Positions 37,786 through 48,378 of a stretch of DNA of 64,000 bases are shown piece by piece. Position 1 is the first letter of the stretch, and every line of letters begins with the position of its first letter. The DNA lies in NCBI GenBank assembly GCA_963841915.1, contig CAWJEN010000005.1, forward strand, positions 608,001 through 672,000. Reading direction: 5' to 3'. Made by a program: the position numbers and the translations under genes. The notes below the pieces were generated by a model. That model made no database searches and was not told where the DNA came from. It worked only from the letters and a program-made list of their open reading frames with translations. The stretch is from an uncultured Planctomycetota bacterium (GTDB taxonomy: Bacteria > Planctomycetota > Phycisphaerae > Tepidisphaerales > Tepidisphaeraceae).

Positions 37786-40236
37786 GTGCGACGCTTGCTC
37801 AAGGCGCTGCTCTGGATCGCGACGCTGGTGCTGTGCGGCATGCCGTTCGTGGCCGCTTTGTGGCCTGCGGTGACGCGACCGACGCAACTCGGCATCGACG
37901 GCGACGTCTTACGCGTCACAGCGTCGTCTGTGGCAGCAGCCGTTGTCGCAACTGCGTTGGCGGCGGGGCTTGGCATCGGACCCGCGTGGCTCATGCGACG
38001 CGGTGGGAAGCTGGCGGTCCTCGTCGCGACAGTCGCGCTGGCGACGCTGGCCATTCCCGAGGCGGCGTGGGCGTACGGCACGGCAGAGGCAACGCGAACG
38101 CTCGTCGGTGTGCCACGGCCCGGCTCGCTGGCGGCACAGGCTCGCGGCATTGTGGCGACGGCGTTGCACGTGTGGCCCGTTCCGGCGGCGGTGTTGGCAG
38201 TCGCCTGGTCGCGCCTGCCGACGGCGACACTCGACGCCGCAGCACTCGACGGGGCGACGGGGCGCATCACCACGCGACTGCTGATCGGCCCGCTCGTCGC
38301 CGGATGCGGCGGGGCGTTGCTGCTGGCCGGGCGCAACGTCGTCGCCTACGACGCGGGCGGCGTGGTGACGACGGGGCTGCTCGTCCGCGAGCGGTTCGGA
38401 CTGGCCACGGGTGACCGGACGGCCGCATCAGTGGGGGCCGGGCTGCCGATGATGCTGACGCTGGCGGCCGTGGCGACCCTCGCGTGGTGGTGGTTTACGC
38501 GGCAGGCGGCAGACGCCCGTGAATCCGACGCCCGACTGCGGCTCGCAAAGCCGCAGCTCCCACGCAGCGCGGGGCTCATTGTGGGTGCTGCGGCGAGTGG
38601 AATGATGCTGGCCATTCCGCTGGTGGCGCTCGTTGTCACGGGAGGTAAACTGGGACTTGTCGAATCGTGGCCGCAGTGGGCGACGGGTCTGGCGGTTGCG
38701 GGCGTGGCGACGCTTTACTGCGGTGTGCTGTGCGTGCTGGCGACGCTGGCCCGGCCGGCAGTTCTGCAATGGCTTGCCGTTGCGACGTTCCTCATCGGCG
38801 GGCAGTTCGTGGCGTTGGGGCTGATTCGCCTGTTTGCCGCAGTGCCCGAAGCACAGCCACTTCTTGCGGTGCAGGACGTGGCGGCGGCGTTGATGTACAA
38901 CCGGCTGCCGTGGTTCGCCTGGGCGTCGGCGGCGTTGCTGGTGTTCATCCCGCTGGCGGCGGCGGGGGCGACGTGGACCGGGCCCAATGCCCGACTGCGC
39001 GACGTAGCCGCTATCGACGGGGCCAGTCCGGTGCAAACAGCTGCGTACGTTGTGTGGCCGGTGGCGTGGCCAGGCCTGGTGGCCGCCTTGCTTGCGACTT
39101 TCGCGCTGGCCTTGGGTGAAACGCACGCAGCCGTGCTGACTTTCCCGGGCACACTCGTCAACACCATGATGGGCAACGTCCACACCCTCGCCTACGGCCC
39201 GATGGCCCGGGCCGCGTTGCTGTCGGCGACGACGGCTGTGGTGGTCTCCATGCTGGCCGTTGCCGTTTACAAGCTTGGTGCCCGATGGCGACCCGTCGTC
39301 GCCGGTTTGGTGTGCCTGGTCGTCCTCGCAGGCTGCGACGGAGCGGCAGACACGCCGGATGAAGTGCTCAGCGGACGCGGCGCAGGTGACGGCCAGGTCG
39401 TCTACCCGCGGGCCGTCGCCTATTCGGCGGCCGACGATTCGTACTGGGTTATCGATCGCACCGCCCGCGTGCAACAACTCGATGCGACGACGGGCAAGTT
39501 CATCGTCGGCTGGCCCATGCCGCAGAATGACTACGGCCGGCCCGTCGGTGTCAGCGTCGACACGCACGGCAACGTCTGGGTGCCCGACACCCACTACGGC
39601 CGCGTCATCGTCTACGCGCCGGACGGCACCGAGCAGTTCCGGTTCGGCCAAAGCGGCACCGCACCGGGCGAGTTCATTTGGCCGACCGACGTGCTCGTGC
39701 TCGACGACGATCGCGTGCTCGTCAGCGAGTACGGCGCGGGCGAGGCCGGTAACAACGACCGCGTCCAGCTCTTCGAGCGCATCGACGACACGTGGACAGC
39801 GACGGCCTCCATCGGCAGTTTCGGCATCGAAGACGGCCAGTTCCGCCGGCCACAGTCGATGGCCAAGGTCGGTGACACGCTCTGGGTCACCGACGCCGCC
39901 AACCACCGTCTTGTCGCATTCAGCTTGAACGGCGACGACTTCGGCACGTTCAAGCGATTCATCGGTGACGGCGGCGCGTCCAGCGAACCGGGCCGCTTCC
40001 GCTTTCCCTACGGCCTCGACGCCGACGCCGACGGCCACCTCATCGTCGCCGAGTTCGGCAACAACCGCGTGCAAAAGATCGACCCGCAGACGGGTGAGTC
40101 GCTCGGCCTCTGGGGCGCTTTCGGAGCGAGACAGGGCGAGCTTCGCTACCCGTGGGCCATCACCAGCGACACCAAACGCGGCCGCAGCGTCATCGTCGAC
40201 AGCGGCAACGATCGATTGCAGGCAATGCGGTTTTGA
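37786..40236 (+). CDS. Two-domain ABC permease fused to an NHL-repeat beta-propeller
   Basis: Two EAA-like loops (DAAALDGA, DVAAIDGAS), ~12 TM, LAGC, then G.F..P NHL repeats. Confidence 0.8.
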   Translation: MRRLLKALLWIATLVLCGMPFVAALWPAVTRPTQLGIDGDVLRVTASSVAAAVVATALAAGLGIGPAWLMRRGGKLAVLVATVALATLAIPEAAWAYGTAEATRTLVGVPRPGSLAAQARGIVATALHVWPVPAAVLAVAWSRLPTATLDAAALDGATGRITTRLLIGPLVAGCGGALLLAGRNVVAYDAGGVVTTGLLVRERFGLATGDRTAASVGAGLPMMLTLAAVATLAWWWFTRQAADARESDARLRLAKPQLPRSAGLIVGAAASGMMLAIPLVALVVTGGKLGLVESWPQWATGLAVAGVATLYCGVLCVLATLARPAVLQWLAVATFLIGGQFVALGLIRLFAAVPEAQPLLAVQDVAAALMYNRLPWFAWASAALLVFIPLAAAGATWTGPNARLRDVAAIDGASPVQTAAYVVWPVAWPGLVAALLATFALALGETHAAVLTFPGTLVNTMMGNVHTLAYGPMARAALLSATTAVVVSMLAVAVYKLGARWRPVVAGLVCLVVLAGCDGAADTPDEVLSGRGAGDGQVVYPRAVAYSAADDSYWVIDRTARVQQLDATTGKFIVGWPMPQNDYGRPVGVSVDTHGNVWVPDTHYGRVIVYAPDGTEQFRFGQSGTAPGEFIWPTDVLVLDDDRVLVSEYGAGEAGNNDRVQLFERIDDTWTATASIGSFGIEDGQFRRPQSMAKVGDTLWVTDAANHRLVAFSLNGDDFGTFKRFIGDGGASSEPGRFRFPYGLDADADGHLIVAEFGNNRVQKIDPQTGESLGLWGAFGARQGELRYPWAITSDTKRGRSVIVDSGNDRLQAMRF

Positions 40237-40298
40237 GACAACGCTTATTTCCGGCCCTCACTGGCAACCCGACGCCTCTTCGCGGATGATGCCGGCGA

Positions 40299-43200
40299 AT
40301 GGTTGCTGTCGACGCCGTTACTCCTTTGATGCCGCTGGCCGATTTGGGCCTTGAATTTCTGGCGTGGTGGCAGGCCGCGCTCGTCTGGCTGGCGCTGGCG
40401 GTGCCGACCGTCTGGCTGGGGCGAAAGCGTCTCGAAGCCCTCGGCACCACACGCCGCAACGTCGCGATCATCGCCCGTTTGATGGTGCTGGCGCTGGCCA
40501 TCCTCATCCTCGCCGGCTTGCGGGCCGAGCGTGACAACGACACCGTCGAGCTCATCGTCGTCCGCGACACCAGCGACTCGGCCCGCCAAGCGGTCGACGC
40601 AGCCCGCGGCGAGACCGTGATCCGTCGCGTCGTCGACTACCTTGCCGAAAACTCGGTGGGCGAAACGGACAAGCAGCCAGACGACCGCATCGGCATCGTC
40701 AGCTTCGACGCCGACGCGTACGTGGACCAGATGCCCAACAGCCTGCCGCAGGCGACCGGCAGCACGGCCACCGCCGTCAATCGCGGCACGAGCGGCACTG
40801 ACCCGAGCGAGGCCATCAACCTCGCCCTGGCAACGATGAGCCCCGACGTCCGCGGCCGCATTCTGCTGGTGTGGGACGGCAACAAGACCGAGGGCGATCT
40901 CGATGCAGCCGTCGAGCGGGCCAAGCAGGCGGGCGTGCCGATCGATGTCATGCCGCTCAATTGGGCCGCCGGTGATGAAGTGTTTGTCGAGGACTTTTAC
41001 GCCCCGACGTGGCGACGCGAGGGTGAGCCGTTCACGCTCGAAATTATCCTGAGCAACACGAGCACCTTCAACGCCAGCGGCACCCTGCGTGTCGAGCAGG
41101 AAGGCCGCCCGCTGGACCTCGACCCGACCACGCCAGGCGTGCAGGCCGGTCGACCCGTCACCCTCAAGTCCGGCCGGAACAAGCAACTCGTCGTCGTCGA
41201 CGCACTGCCGGGCGAGCGGGCGAATGTCAGACGGTTCCGGGCCAGCTTCGAGCCCAATCGCACCCGAAACACCGACGGCACCGTCAGCAACATCGGTGAC
41301 GGTCTCGTCGAAAACAACTCGGCCAGCGCCTTCACCTTCGTTCGTGGCAAGGGCCGCGTGCTCTACGTCGACAATGCCATCAACGACCGCGGTGCGATCC
41401 TCGCCGACGAACTCGCCGGCGAGCAAGTGGCCGTCGATCGCGTCGGCATCGGCGGGTTTCCGACCAATCTTGTCGACCTGCAGGCGTACGACGCGATCAT
41501 CCTCGCCAACGTGCCCGCGAGGCGCAGGCGGACTCACCGGGCCTCAGGATCTGGCACTGAGCCAGTACGTCCACGACACCGCCGGTGGCCTGATCATGAT
41601 CGGCGGGCCCGACGCATTCGGTGCCGGTGGCTGGCGTGGCAGTGCGACCGAAAGCGTCCTGCCGCTCGACATGGACGTGCCGAGTCGCAAGCAAATTCCC
41701 AAGGGCGCGCTGGGCCTGGTCATGCACTCGACCGAGATGCCCGAGGGCAACTACTGGGCCGAACAGTGCGCCATTGCCGCCGTCGAAGTGCTCAACCGCG
41801 ACGATGACATCGGCGTGCTGAGCTACGACTGGGGCATGACCGGTGGCGGCATCGGTGGCAGCCAGTGGGACTACCCGCTCCAGCCCAAAGGCAGTGGCGA
41901 CCGCGTCAAGGCGGCCATTAAGAACATGGTCCTGGGCGATATGCCCGACTTTGACGACGCCCTGACGCTGGCCCTCTACGGCACGGCAGAAAACCCGGGC
42001 CTGCTCGACAGCGACGCACGGCAGAAGCACGTCATCATCATCAGCGACATGGACCCGTCGCCGCCGAGCAACCAACTGCTCCAAGCCTACATCGACAACC
42101 AGATCAGCATCAGCACGGTCCAGGTCGCCGGCCACGGGGCCGGACTCATGCAGGTGGCCAAGAACCTTGCCGAAAAGACCGGCGGCACGGCGTACGGACC
42201 GATCGAGCAGAACCCCAGCCAGCTACCGCAGATCTTCATCAAAGAGGCGACGATCGTCCGTCGCACGCTCATCAAAGAAGACGACGACGGCATTCCTGTC
42301 GTGCCGACGCTCGACGCCGGCGCGAGCGAGCTCATGCGTGGCGTCAATCCCGAGGCGACCGGCCCGATCTTCGGCATGATCCTGACGACGCTCAAAGAGA
42401 GCCCGCTCGTCGAGGCACCGCTGCTGGCCGGTGACGAGCAGGACCCGCTGTTTGCCCACTGGACGGCCGGCCTGGGCAAGAGCGCCGCCTGGACGAGCGA
42501 CGCCATCGACCGCTGGGCCGCGCCCTTCGTCGCCAGCGGACAGTTCGGCAAGTTCTGGGCACAAGTCGTTCGCGGCGTCGCCCGTGCGCCGCAGTCGGCC
42601 GACTACGAAGTGACGACAACGGTCGAGAACGGCCGCGGCAAGATTGTCGTCGAAGCCGTCGGCGAAGACGCCCGCTTCAAAAGCGACCTCGCCGTCGCCG
42701 GCAGCGTCCTGACACCAGGCGGCGTGGGGCAAAGCGTCACGCTCGTCCAAACCCGGCCCGGCACCTACGAGGCCGAGTTCGACGCCCGCGAAGAAGGCAG
42801 CTACGTCGTCGCCCTCAACGCCAGCGGACCCGAAGGCGCAAGCGCTCTTCGCGGCGGCACGAGCGTCAACGGCAGCGAGGAACTGCTGGCACTGGCCAGT
42901 GACCTGCCGGCGATCGAACGCGTCGCCGAAGCAACGGGCGGCCGTGTGCTGCCGGCGTTTACAAAGCTGCCGATCGACAACGGTTTGTTCGCCCGGTCGT
43001 GGGTCGATGCGATGGGCAACGAACAGACGCTGAGCGAGAGCAAGAGCCCATTGCCGGTGTGGGACTGGCTGGTGCCGCTCTTGATTGCGATGCTGCTGGT
43101 AGACGTCGCCATTCGGCGGATCGCGTGGGACCGCTCGATGCTGATCGCCGCCCGCCAGCGAGTGACCGGTCAGGTCACACGACTGACGGCAACGACCCGC

Positions 43201-43464
43201 CAGGATCGCAGCGGCAGCACGCTCGGCGAGCTACGCACGCGTCGCACGGAGGTGGTCGACCGCACGAGAAAGTTCGAAGCCGCCGAGGGCGCAACGGGCG
43301 ACGTCTCGTCCTTGGGCGCCACCAGTGCCACCGCGGTCGCCGAGAGCAAGGCCAAGCCGACCGCCCGCCCGAACGAATCGGCCGCCCCCGAATCCTCCGG
43401 CGGCATCGGCTCCCTGATGGAAGCCAAACGCCGCGCCCGCGAACGGATGGAGTCGGACGAGTAG
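40299..43464 (+). CDS. Large membrane VWA / glutamine amidotransferase-like protein, frameshifted at ~41515
   Basis: DTSDS MIDAS, WDG, YDAIILANVP|RG, GGLIMIGGPDAFGAGG, GLGKSAAWTSD, C-terminal TM DVAIRR. Confidence 0.85.
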
Positions 43465-43470
43465 AGAGGT

Positions 43471-44038
43471 CCGGAGGAACGCGAAGGGGCACAAGAAGCG
43501 AAGGTCCGCGAAGTTCAGAAAGACAGGATGCAGAGCTACTGGGACCAACTACGACTGCTCAAGACCGGTGACGGCGGCTGCGGTGACCAGCGGGCAGAAG
43601 AGCTTGCATATGCCACGATCGGGGCGGCAATCGAAGTCCATCGCACCCTCGGGCCCGGTCTGCCAGAGATCGTGTACGAAAAGTCACTTAGTCATGAGCT
43701 GACGCTGCGCCGGATTGTTCACAGTCGCCAGGCATCGGTCCCCGTACGTTACAAAGACATCAGCGTCGGCGAAGGCTTTATCGACCTTCTCATCGAGGAC
43801 CGGCTCATCGTTGAGCTGAAAGCTGTCGAGTCACTGAATCCTGTACACCACGCTCAAGTGAGGGCCTATTTGTGTGCCTCTGACCGACGTCTCGGCCTCT
43901 TGATCAACTTCAACACTGACATCCTCCGCGACTCCATCAAGCGAGTGGTCCACACGCCAAGGGCATCAACCGACTAAACCACTCTGCTGCTCAGGCCTTC
44001 GCGGCCCTTCGCATCTTCGCCCCTTCGCGTTCCTCCGG
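43471..44038 (+). mobile_element. Putative inverted-repeat-bounded GxxExxY element (568 bp)
   Basis: IR-L 43471-43513 and IR-R 43997-44038 match at 39/43 positions, the outer 20 bp perfectly; CCGG at both outer ends. Confidence 0.6.
43528..43977 (+). CDS. GxxExxY protein (PD-(D/E)XK nuclease superfamily)
   Basis: IGAAIEVHRTLGPGLPEIVY, DLLIE..LIVELKAV, H.AQV..YL, GLLINF. Confidence 0.92.
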   Translation: MQSYWDQLRLLKTGDGGCGDQRAEELAYATIGAAIEVHRTLGPGLPEIVYEKSLSHELTLRRIVHSRQASVPVRYKDISVGEGFIDLLIEDRLIVELKAVESLNPVHHAQVRAYLCASDRRLGLLINFNTDILRDSIKRVVHTPRASTD

Positions 44039-44053
44039 CCGAACCACAATCAA

Positions 44054-45070
44054 ATGTCTGACCCGCTGACCCCCGAACAAGTTCAAGAACGCGCCGACGC
44101 GTTTCGTCGTGATTACAAGGCGGTTCATGCCGAGATCGGCAAGGCCATCGTCGGGCATACCGAAACCGTCGACGGCGTCCTGACGTGTCTCTTCACAGGC
44201 GGCCACGCGCTGCTCGAAGGTGTTCCCGGCCTCGGTAAAACGGCACTCATCCGGGCGCTATCCGAAGCGCTGCACCTGCACTTCTCACGCATCCAGTTCA
44301 CGCCCGACCTCATGCCGGCAGACGTCATCGGCACGAGCATCATCGAAGAAGACGAGCACGGCCGCCGGGGCTTCAAGTTCCAGGAAGGGCCCATCTTCGC
44401 CCAGATCGTCCTGGCCGACGAGATCAACCGTGCCACGCCAAAGACACAGTCGGCCATGCTCGAGGCCATGCAGGAGAAGCAGGTGACCGCAGGCGGCGTC
44501 GTCCGCAAGCTCGCTCGGCCGTTCTTTGTCATGGCCACGCAGAACCCGCTCGAGCAGGAGGGCACCTACCCGCTGCCCGAGGCGCAGCTCGACCGGTTCT
44601 TCTTCAAGCTCGTCGTGCCGTACAGCAGCCGCAAGGAGCTGGCCGAGATTCTTAATCGCACAACGGCCGGTGTGACGCCCGTGGTCAACGCAGTGCTCGA
44701 TGCCGAGTCGATCCAGAAACACCAGGACCTTGTCCGCCAGGTCGTCATTGCGCCGCACGTGCAGGACTACGCGATTCGTCTCGTGCTGGCCACGCACCCG
44801 CAAGGGGAATTTGCGGTGGGTGCAACGAACAGCTTCCTGCGTGTCGGTGGCAGCCCGCGTGCGGCCCAGGCCATTTCGCTCGCCGCCAAGGTGCGGGCCT
44901 TGCTCGACGGCCGCTTCCACTGTTCGTTCGATGACGTCAAAAAGGTCGCGATGCCCGCGCTCCGCCACCGCGTCGTGCTCAACTTCGAGGCCGAAGCCGA
45001 AGGCACGACCGCCGACAGCGTGATTCAGTCGATCCTCGATGAAACCCCGACCGACGTCGGCGGCGTGTGA
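44054..45070 (+). CDS. moxR: MoxR family AAA+ ATPase
   Basis: LLEGVPGLGKT, RIQFTPDLMPAD, LADEINRA.PKTQSA.LEAMQE, ATQNP.E.EGTYPLPEAQLDRF. Confidence 0.95.
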   Translation: MSDPLTPEQVQERADAFRRDYKAVHAEIGKAIVGHTETVDGVLTCLFTGGHALLEGVPGLGKTALIRALSEALHLHFSRIQFTPDLMPADVIGTSIIEEDEHGRRGFKFQEGPIFAQIVLADEINRATPKTQSAMLEAMQEKQVTAGGVVRKLARPFFVMATQNPLEQEGTYPLPEAQLDRFFFKLVVPYSSRKELAEILNRTTAGVTPVVNAVLDAESIQKHQDLVRQVVIAPHVQDYAIRLVLATHPQGEFAVGATNSFLRVGGSPRAAQAISLAAKVRALLDGRFHCSFDDVKKVAMPALRHRVVLNFEAEAEGTTADSVIQSILDETPTDVGGV

Positions 45071-45081
45071 GGATGAACGTT

Positions 45082-46482
45082 TTAAGCCTTGCCGCCCTCG
45101 GTCGGTAACCCTTGAGCCTTCCACGCACTCCAGCTGCCCGGCACGTTGGCGACATCGGCAAACCCGCCGCGTTTGAGCAGGCTGGCGGCGATACCGGCGC
45201 GGTAGCCGCTTCCGCAGTAGCAGGCGGTGGGTCGATTCTTGTCAAGGCACGGCAGGTCGCCGTCGCGCAGGTCGCCGACATAAAAGTGCGTCGCACCAGG
45301 AATGTGGCCGCTATTCCACTCGCGGTCGCTGCGTACGTCGAGCACCTGCACGTCTGCTCGTCGGTCACTTAATTCTGTCACTGACAGTTCCGTCAGCGTC
45401 GCAAGCGGCAGACCGCGCAGGTTCCACGCCGTCATGCCACCGGCGAGGTAACCAGCGAACTGCTTGAACCCGACCCGCCACAGCAGCGTTGCCAGGTGGT
45501 CGACGCGTCGCTCGTCGTAAGCAACCAGCAGAATCGGCTTGTCCGGGTCGAGCAGGTCGCCGGCCCAAACGCTCAGCTCGTCGCGATCGCCGATGTTGAT
45601 CGCACCGGGAATGTGTCCGCCACCGAAGGCGAGCATGTCCCGCGTGTCGAGCAATTGCGCCTCACCGGCCTCCACCTGTTCGGCAAACGCTCGAGCTGAC
45701 AATGCCGGACAAGGCGGCACGTGCGCGGCGTCGTGCGGCTGCAGGTTGACCTTCTTGAGCCGCGGATAGTGGGCCGGCACGGGCGGGGCACCTTGCTTGA
45801 CGAACGCGAGAAACTCGCCTTCGTCATCGATCTTCATCGCCCGGTTGTGCCGCTTTTCCCAGGCAATGGTGCTGACAGGTCGGTCGCTGATGTCGGCCCC
45901 GCACGCGCTGCCCGCACCGTGACCGGGGAAGACCAGCATGCCGTCGTCAAGGCCTTTGAAGTAGTCGCGCATCGTCTTGAACAGCTGCCTGGCCAAGTCG
46001 TCCGTCTCCTCTGCCCCGAGCAGATCAGGTCGGCCGACGCTGCCGACAAAGAGCGAGTCTCCAGTAAAAATGCCCCACGGCTGATCAATCTTGACGCTCA
46101 CCGCCACCTCGTACGCGAGGTGCTCGGGCGTATGGCCCGGCGTGTGCCGGGCGATCAAGGTGGTGTCGCCGAACGTCAGTCGGTCGCCGTCGCAAAGGCG
46201 ATGAACGTCGTAGCCGTACTTCGGGTCGGTTTCGCCGCTTGCTGCGATCGAGAGTTTTCCGCCGAGCAGCGAGCGGAGCGCCCGGCTGCCACTCATGAAG
46301 TCGGCGTGGACGTGCGTCTCCAGCGCGTGCGTGATGGCGACCCAGTGACGCCTGGCCAGCTCGACGTAGACCGCCGCGTCGGCCCGCGGATCGATGACGG
46401 CCGCCGTGCCCGAACCTGTGTCGCCGATCAGGTACGAAAGCTGTGCAATTCCAGGCGTCTGGATCGTTTCGAGCACCATCAT
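45082..46482 (-). CDS. MBL-fold hydrolase (persulfide dioxygenase-like) with two rhodanese domains
   Basis: THVHADF, HTPGHTPEH, TGDSLFVG.VGRPDL, GHIPGA x2, CGSGYRA. Confidence 0.9.
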   Translation of the reverse strand: MMVLETIQTPGIAQLSYLIGDTGSGTAAVIDPRADAAVYVELARRHWVAITHALETHVHADFMSGSRALRSLLGGKLSIAASGETDPKYGYDVHRLCDGDRLTFGDTTLIARHTPGHTPEHLAYEVAVSVKIDQPWGIFTGDSLFVGSVGRPDLLGAEETDDLARQLFKTMRDYFKGLDDGMLVFPGHGAGSACGADISDRPVSTIAWEKRHNRAMKIDDEGEFLAFVKQGAPPVPAHYPRLKKVNLQPHDAAHVPPCPALSARAFAEQVEAGEAQLLDTRDMLAFGGGHIPGAINIGDRDELSVWAGDLLDPDKPILLVAYDERRVDHLATLLWRVGFKQFAGYLAGGMTAWNLRGLPLATLTELSVTELSDRRADVQVLDVRSDREWNSGHIPGATHFYVGDLRDGDLPCLDKNRPTACYCGSGYRAGIAASLLKRGGFADVANVPGSWSAWKAQGLPTEGGKA

Positions 46483-46504
46483 GGTGCCCGACGGTAGCGC
46501 CCGC

Positions 46505-47470
46505 TTACTCGTCCTCGAGACCACGACCTGTCAGGCTCAAAAAGACGTCACGCAACGTCGGCCGCGACACGCTGGCCTCTCGCAACGCCACCGGCAACTC
46601 GCGACGCCGACCCAGCAGGTCGGCCACGAGTTCGTGCCCGTCCTCTCGCTCGATACGCACACGACCGGCCAGAAGCTGTGCGCCGTGGCCGACGTAATCA
46701 GCCAGTGCCTGGGCGTCGTCGGAGGCTTCGGGCACGAGCGTCACGACGTCGCCACCGATGCGGTTACGCAGCGAGTCGGGCGTGTCGTCGGCAACGACCT
46801 TGCCTCGATCGAGCAGGACAAGCCGGTCGCAGCCTGCGCCGTCGGCGTCGAGATCGTCGAGCAGGTGCGTGCTGACGACGAGCGTGATCGGCCGTCCGTC
46901 GTCGGCGGCTTCGCGGCGCAGGTTGGCCACGAGCGACCAAACGTCCCGCCTCGCCGCCGGGTCGAGGCCGACGGTCGGTTCGTCCATGAGCAGCACACGC
47001 GGCCGGGCCATAAGGGCGCGGGCAATCTCGACGCGACGCCGCATACCGCCGCTGAGTCGTTTGGCGATGGTGGTTGCGTCACGGGCAAGGCCGACCCGTT
47101 CGAGTAAGGACGCTGCGCGAAGCACGGCATCGCGCTTGCTCAGCCCGAGCAGGCGGCCGTGGTAAGTGAGGTTTTCAGCAGCGGTGAGCTCGCGATCGAG
47201 CGCGGGGCTTTGGAAGACGATGCCGACCAGTTCCCTCGCCGCGGCACGGTCTTGAGTGACGTCGCAGCCGCACAGTGTTGCGGTGCCTTGGTTCGGATCG
47301 AGCAGGGTGGCCAAGACGCGGAAGAGCGTGGTCTTTCCGCTGCCGTTGGGTCCGAGCAGGGCGAGCGTGCTCCCGACGGTTGCGTCGAAGCTGACACTGT
47401 CCACCGCCGCCCGGTCGGCAGCGGGATAGCGGCACACAAGATCCCGAACTTCGACGGCCAGATCGTTCAA
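46505..47470 (-). CDS. ABC transporter ATP-binding protein (exporter type)
   Basis: GPNGSGKT, LSGGM, LMDEPT.GLDP, STH, PTL.DVFL.LTG. Confidence 0.92.
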   Translation of the reverse strand: MNDLAVEVRDLVCRYPAADRAAVDSVSFDATVGSTLALLGPNGSGKTTLFRVLATLLDPNQGTATLCGCDVTQDRAAARELVGIVFQSPALDRELTAAENLTYHGRLLGLSKRDAVLRAASLLERVGLARDATTIAKRLSGGMRRRVEIARALMARPRVLLMDEPTVGLDPAARRDVWSLVANLRREAADDGRPITLVVSTHLLDDLDADGAGCDRLVLLDRGKVVADDTPDSLRNRIGGDVVTLVPEASDDAQALADYVGHGAQLLAGRVRIEREDGHELVADLLGRRRELPVALREASVSRPTLRDVFLSLTGRGLEDE

Positions 47471-48306
47471 GACGCCAGCGTAGCGCTGCGGCGACGACGT
47501 AGAGCCAGAAGCGACAGCGACGCACCACCACCGGCGGCAAGTGGCTCGGGGATCACGGTCGGGGCGAGCGAGATGTTGAAGTTGTCGAAGCCGATGCGGC
47601 CGAAACCACTCGTGTCACTGTCGTGAGTCAGCTGAATAATCAAAGCCTCACCCGACGCGATGGTGACTCCTGTGAGTTGGGCTGTCTTCGTGATGGACTG
47701 CAAGTCCGAACTGGTCGACAGATCCGCCCCGTTGACGGAGAGACCCGCGACGGCGGCGTAGCTGAAGGTGCTTCCGCTGATGGCTGAGTCTGTCGCTTCC
47801 GACGCACCGGCAGAGACACCAGCGTTAATCGTCCCGACAATGGGGTCGCTGTCCGACTGGTACAAGAAATCATAGCTAAATACCGGGTCAACAACAGGCA
47901 CACTGCTGTCGTTGAAAGCGCGAACGTAGAAGCTTCCAGGAGTGAAATCGTTCCGTCCCGGTCGGATGACGACTGCCTTGTTTCCGCCAGACCGCGTAAA
48001 AAAGTACATGCCGCTGAAGCGAACTGATGACAAATCAGACGCGGCCGGGCGGAGCCAGGGATTACTGACCGCATCATTGGTCGTAACGTTGAACTGCGCC
48101 TCAGAGGATCCGAACCCGTCCGTAGCGAATGAGCGAGCATCGAGAAAGTCTCCCCGACCAGATGCATGGAACCCGGTGCGGTCCAGATAATTGAGGTCGG
48201 TCCCCGCCGACGGGACCCCATCCGTGATCGCGATACGAGCCGCCGAGGCCCCTACAGCGAGGAGCAAGACGTTCAACACGGCAGCACAACTAATTCTTAG
48301 ATGCAT
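47467..48306 (-). CDS. PEP-CTERM secreted surface protein
   Basis: Signal peptide; C-terminal IPEP, short hydrophobic stretch, RRRR; more AT-rich than its flanks. Confidence 0.8.
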   Translation of the reverse strand: MHLRISCAAVLNVLLLAVGASAARIAITDGVPSAGTDLNYLDRTGFHASGRGDFLDARSFATDGFGSSEAQFNVTTNDAVSNPWLRPAASDLSSVRFSGMYFFTRSGGNKAVVIRPGRNDFTPGSFYVRAFNDSSVPVVDPVFSYDFLYQSDSDPIVGTINAGVSAGASEATDSAISGSTFSYAAVAGLSVNGADLSTSSDLQSITKTAQLTGVTIASGEALIIQLTHDSDTSGFGRIGFDNFNISLAPTVIPEPLAAGGGASLSLLALRRRRSATLAS

Positions 48307-48378
48307 CTACTTCTCTCTGAAAAGCCGAGAAAGTACAGAATCTTTTCCCCAAGTCAAAAACAGACGCCTCACGTCACC

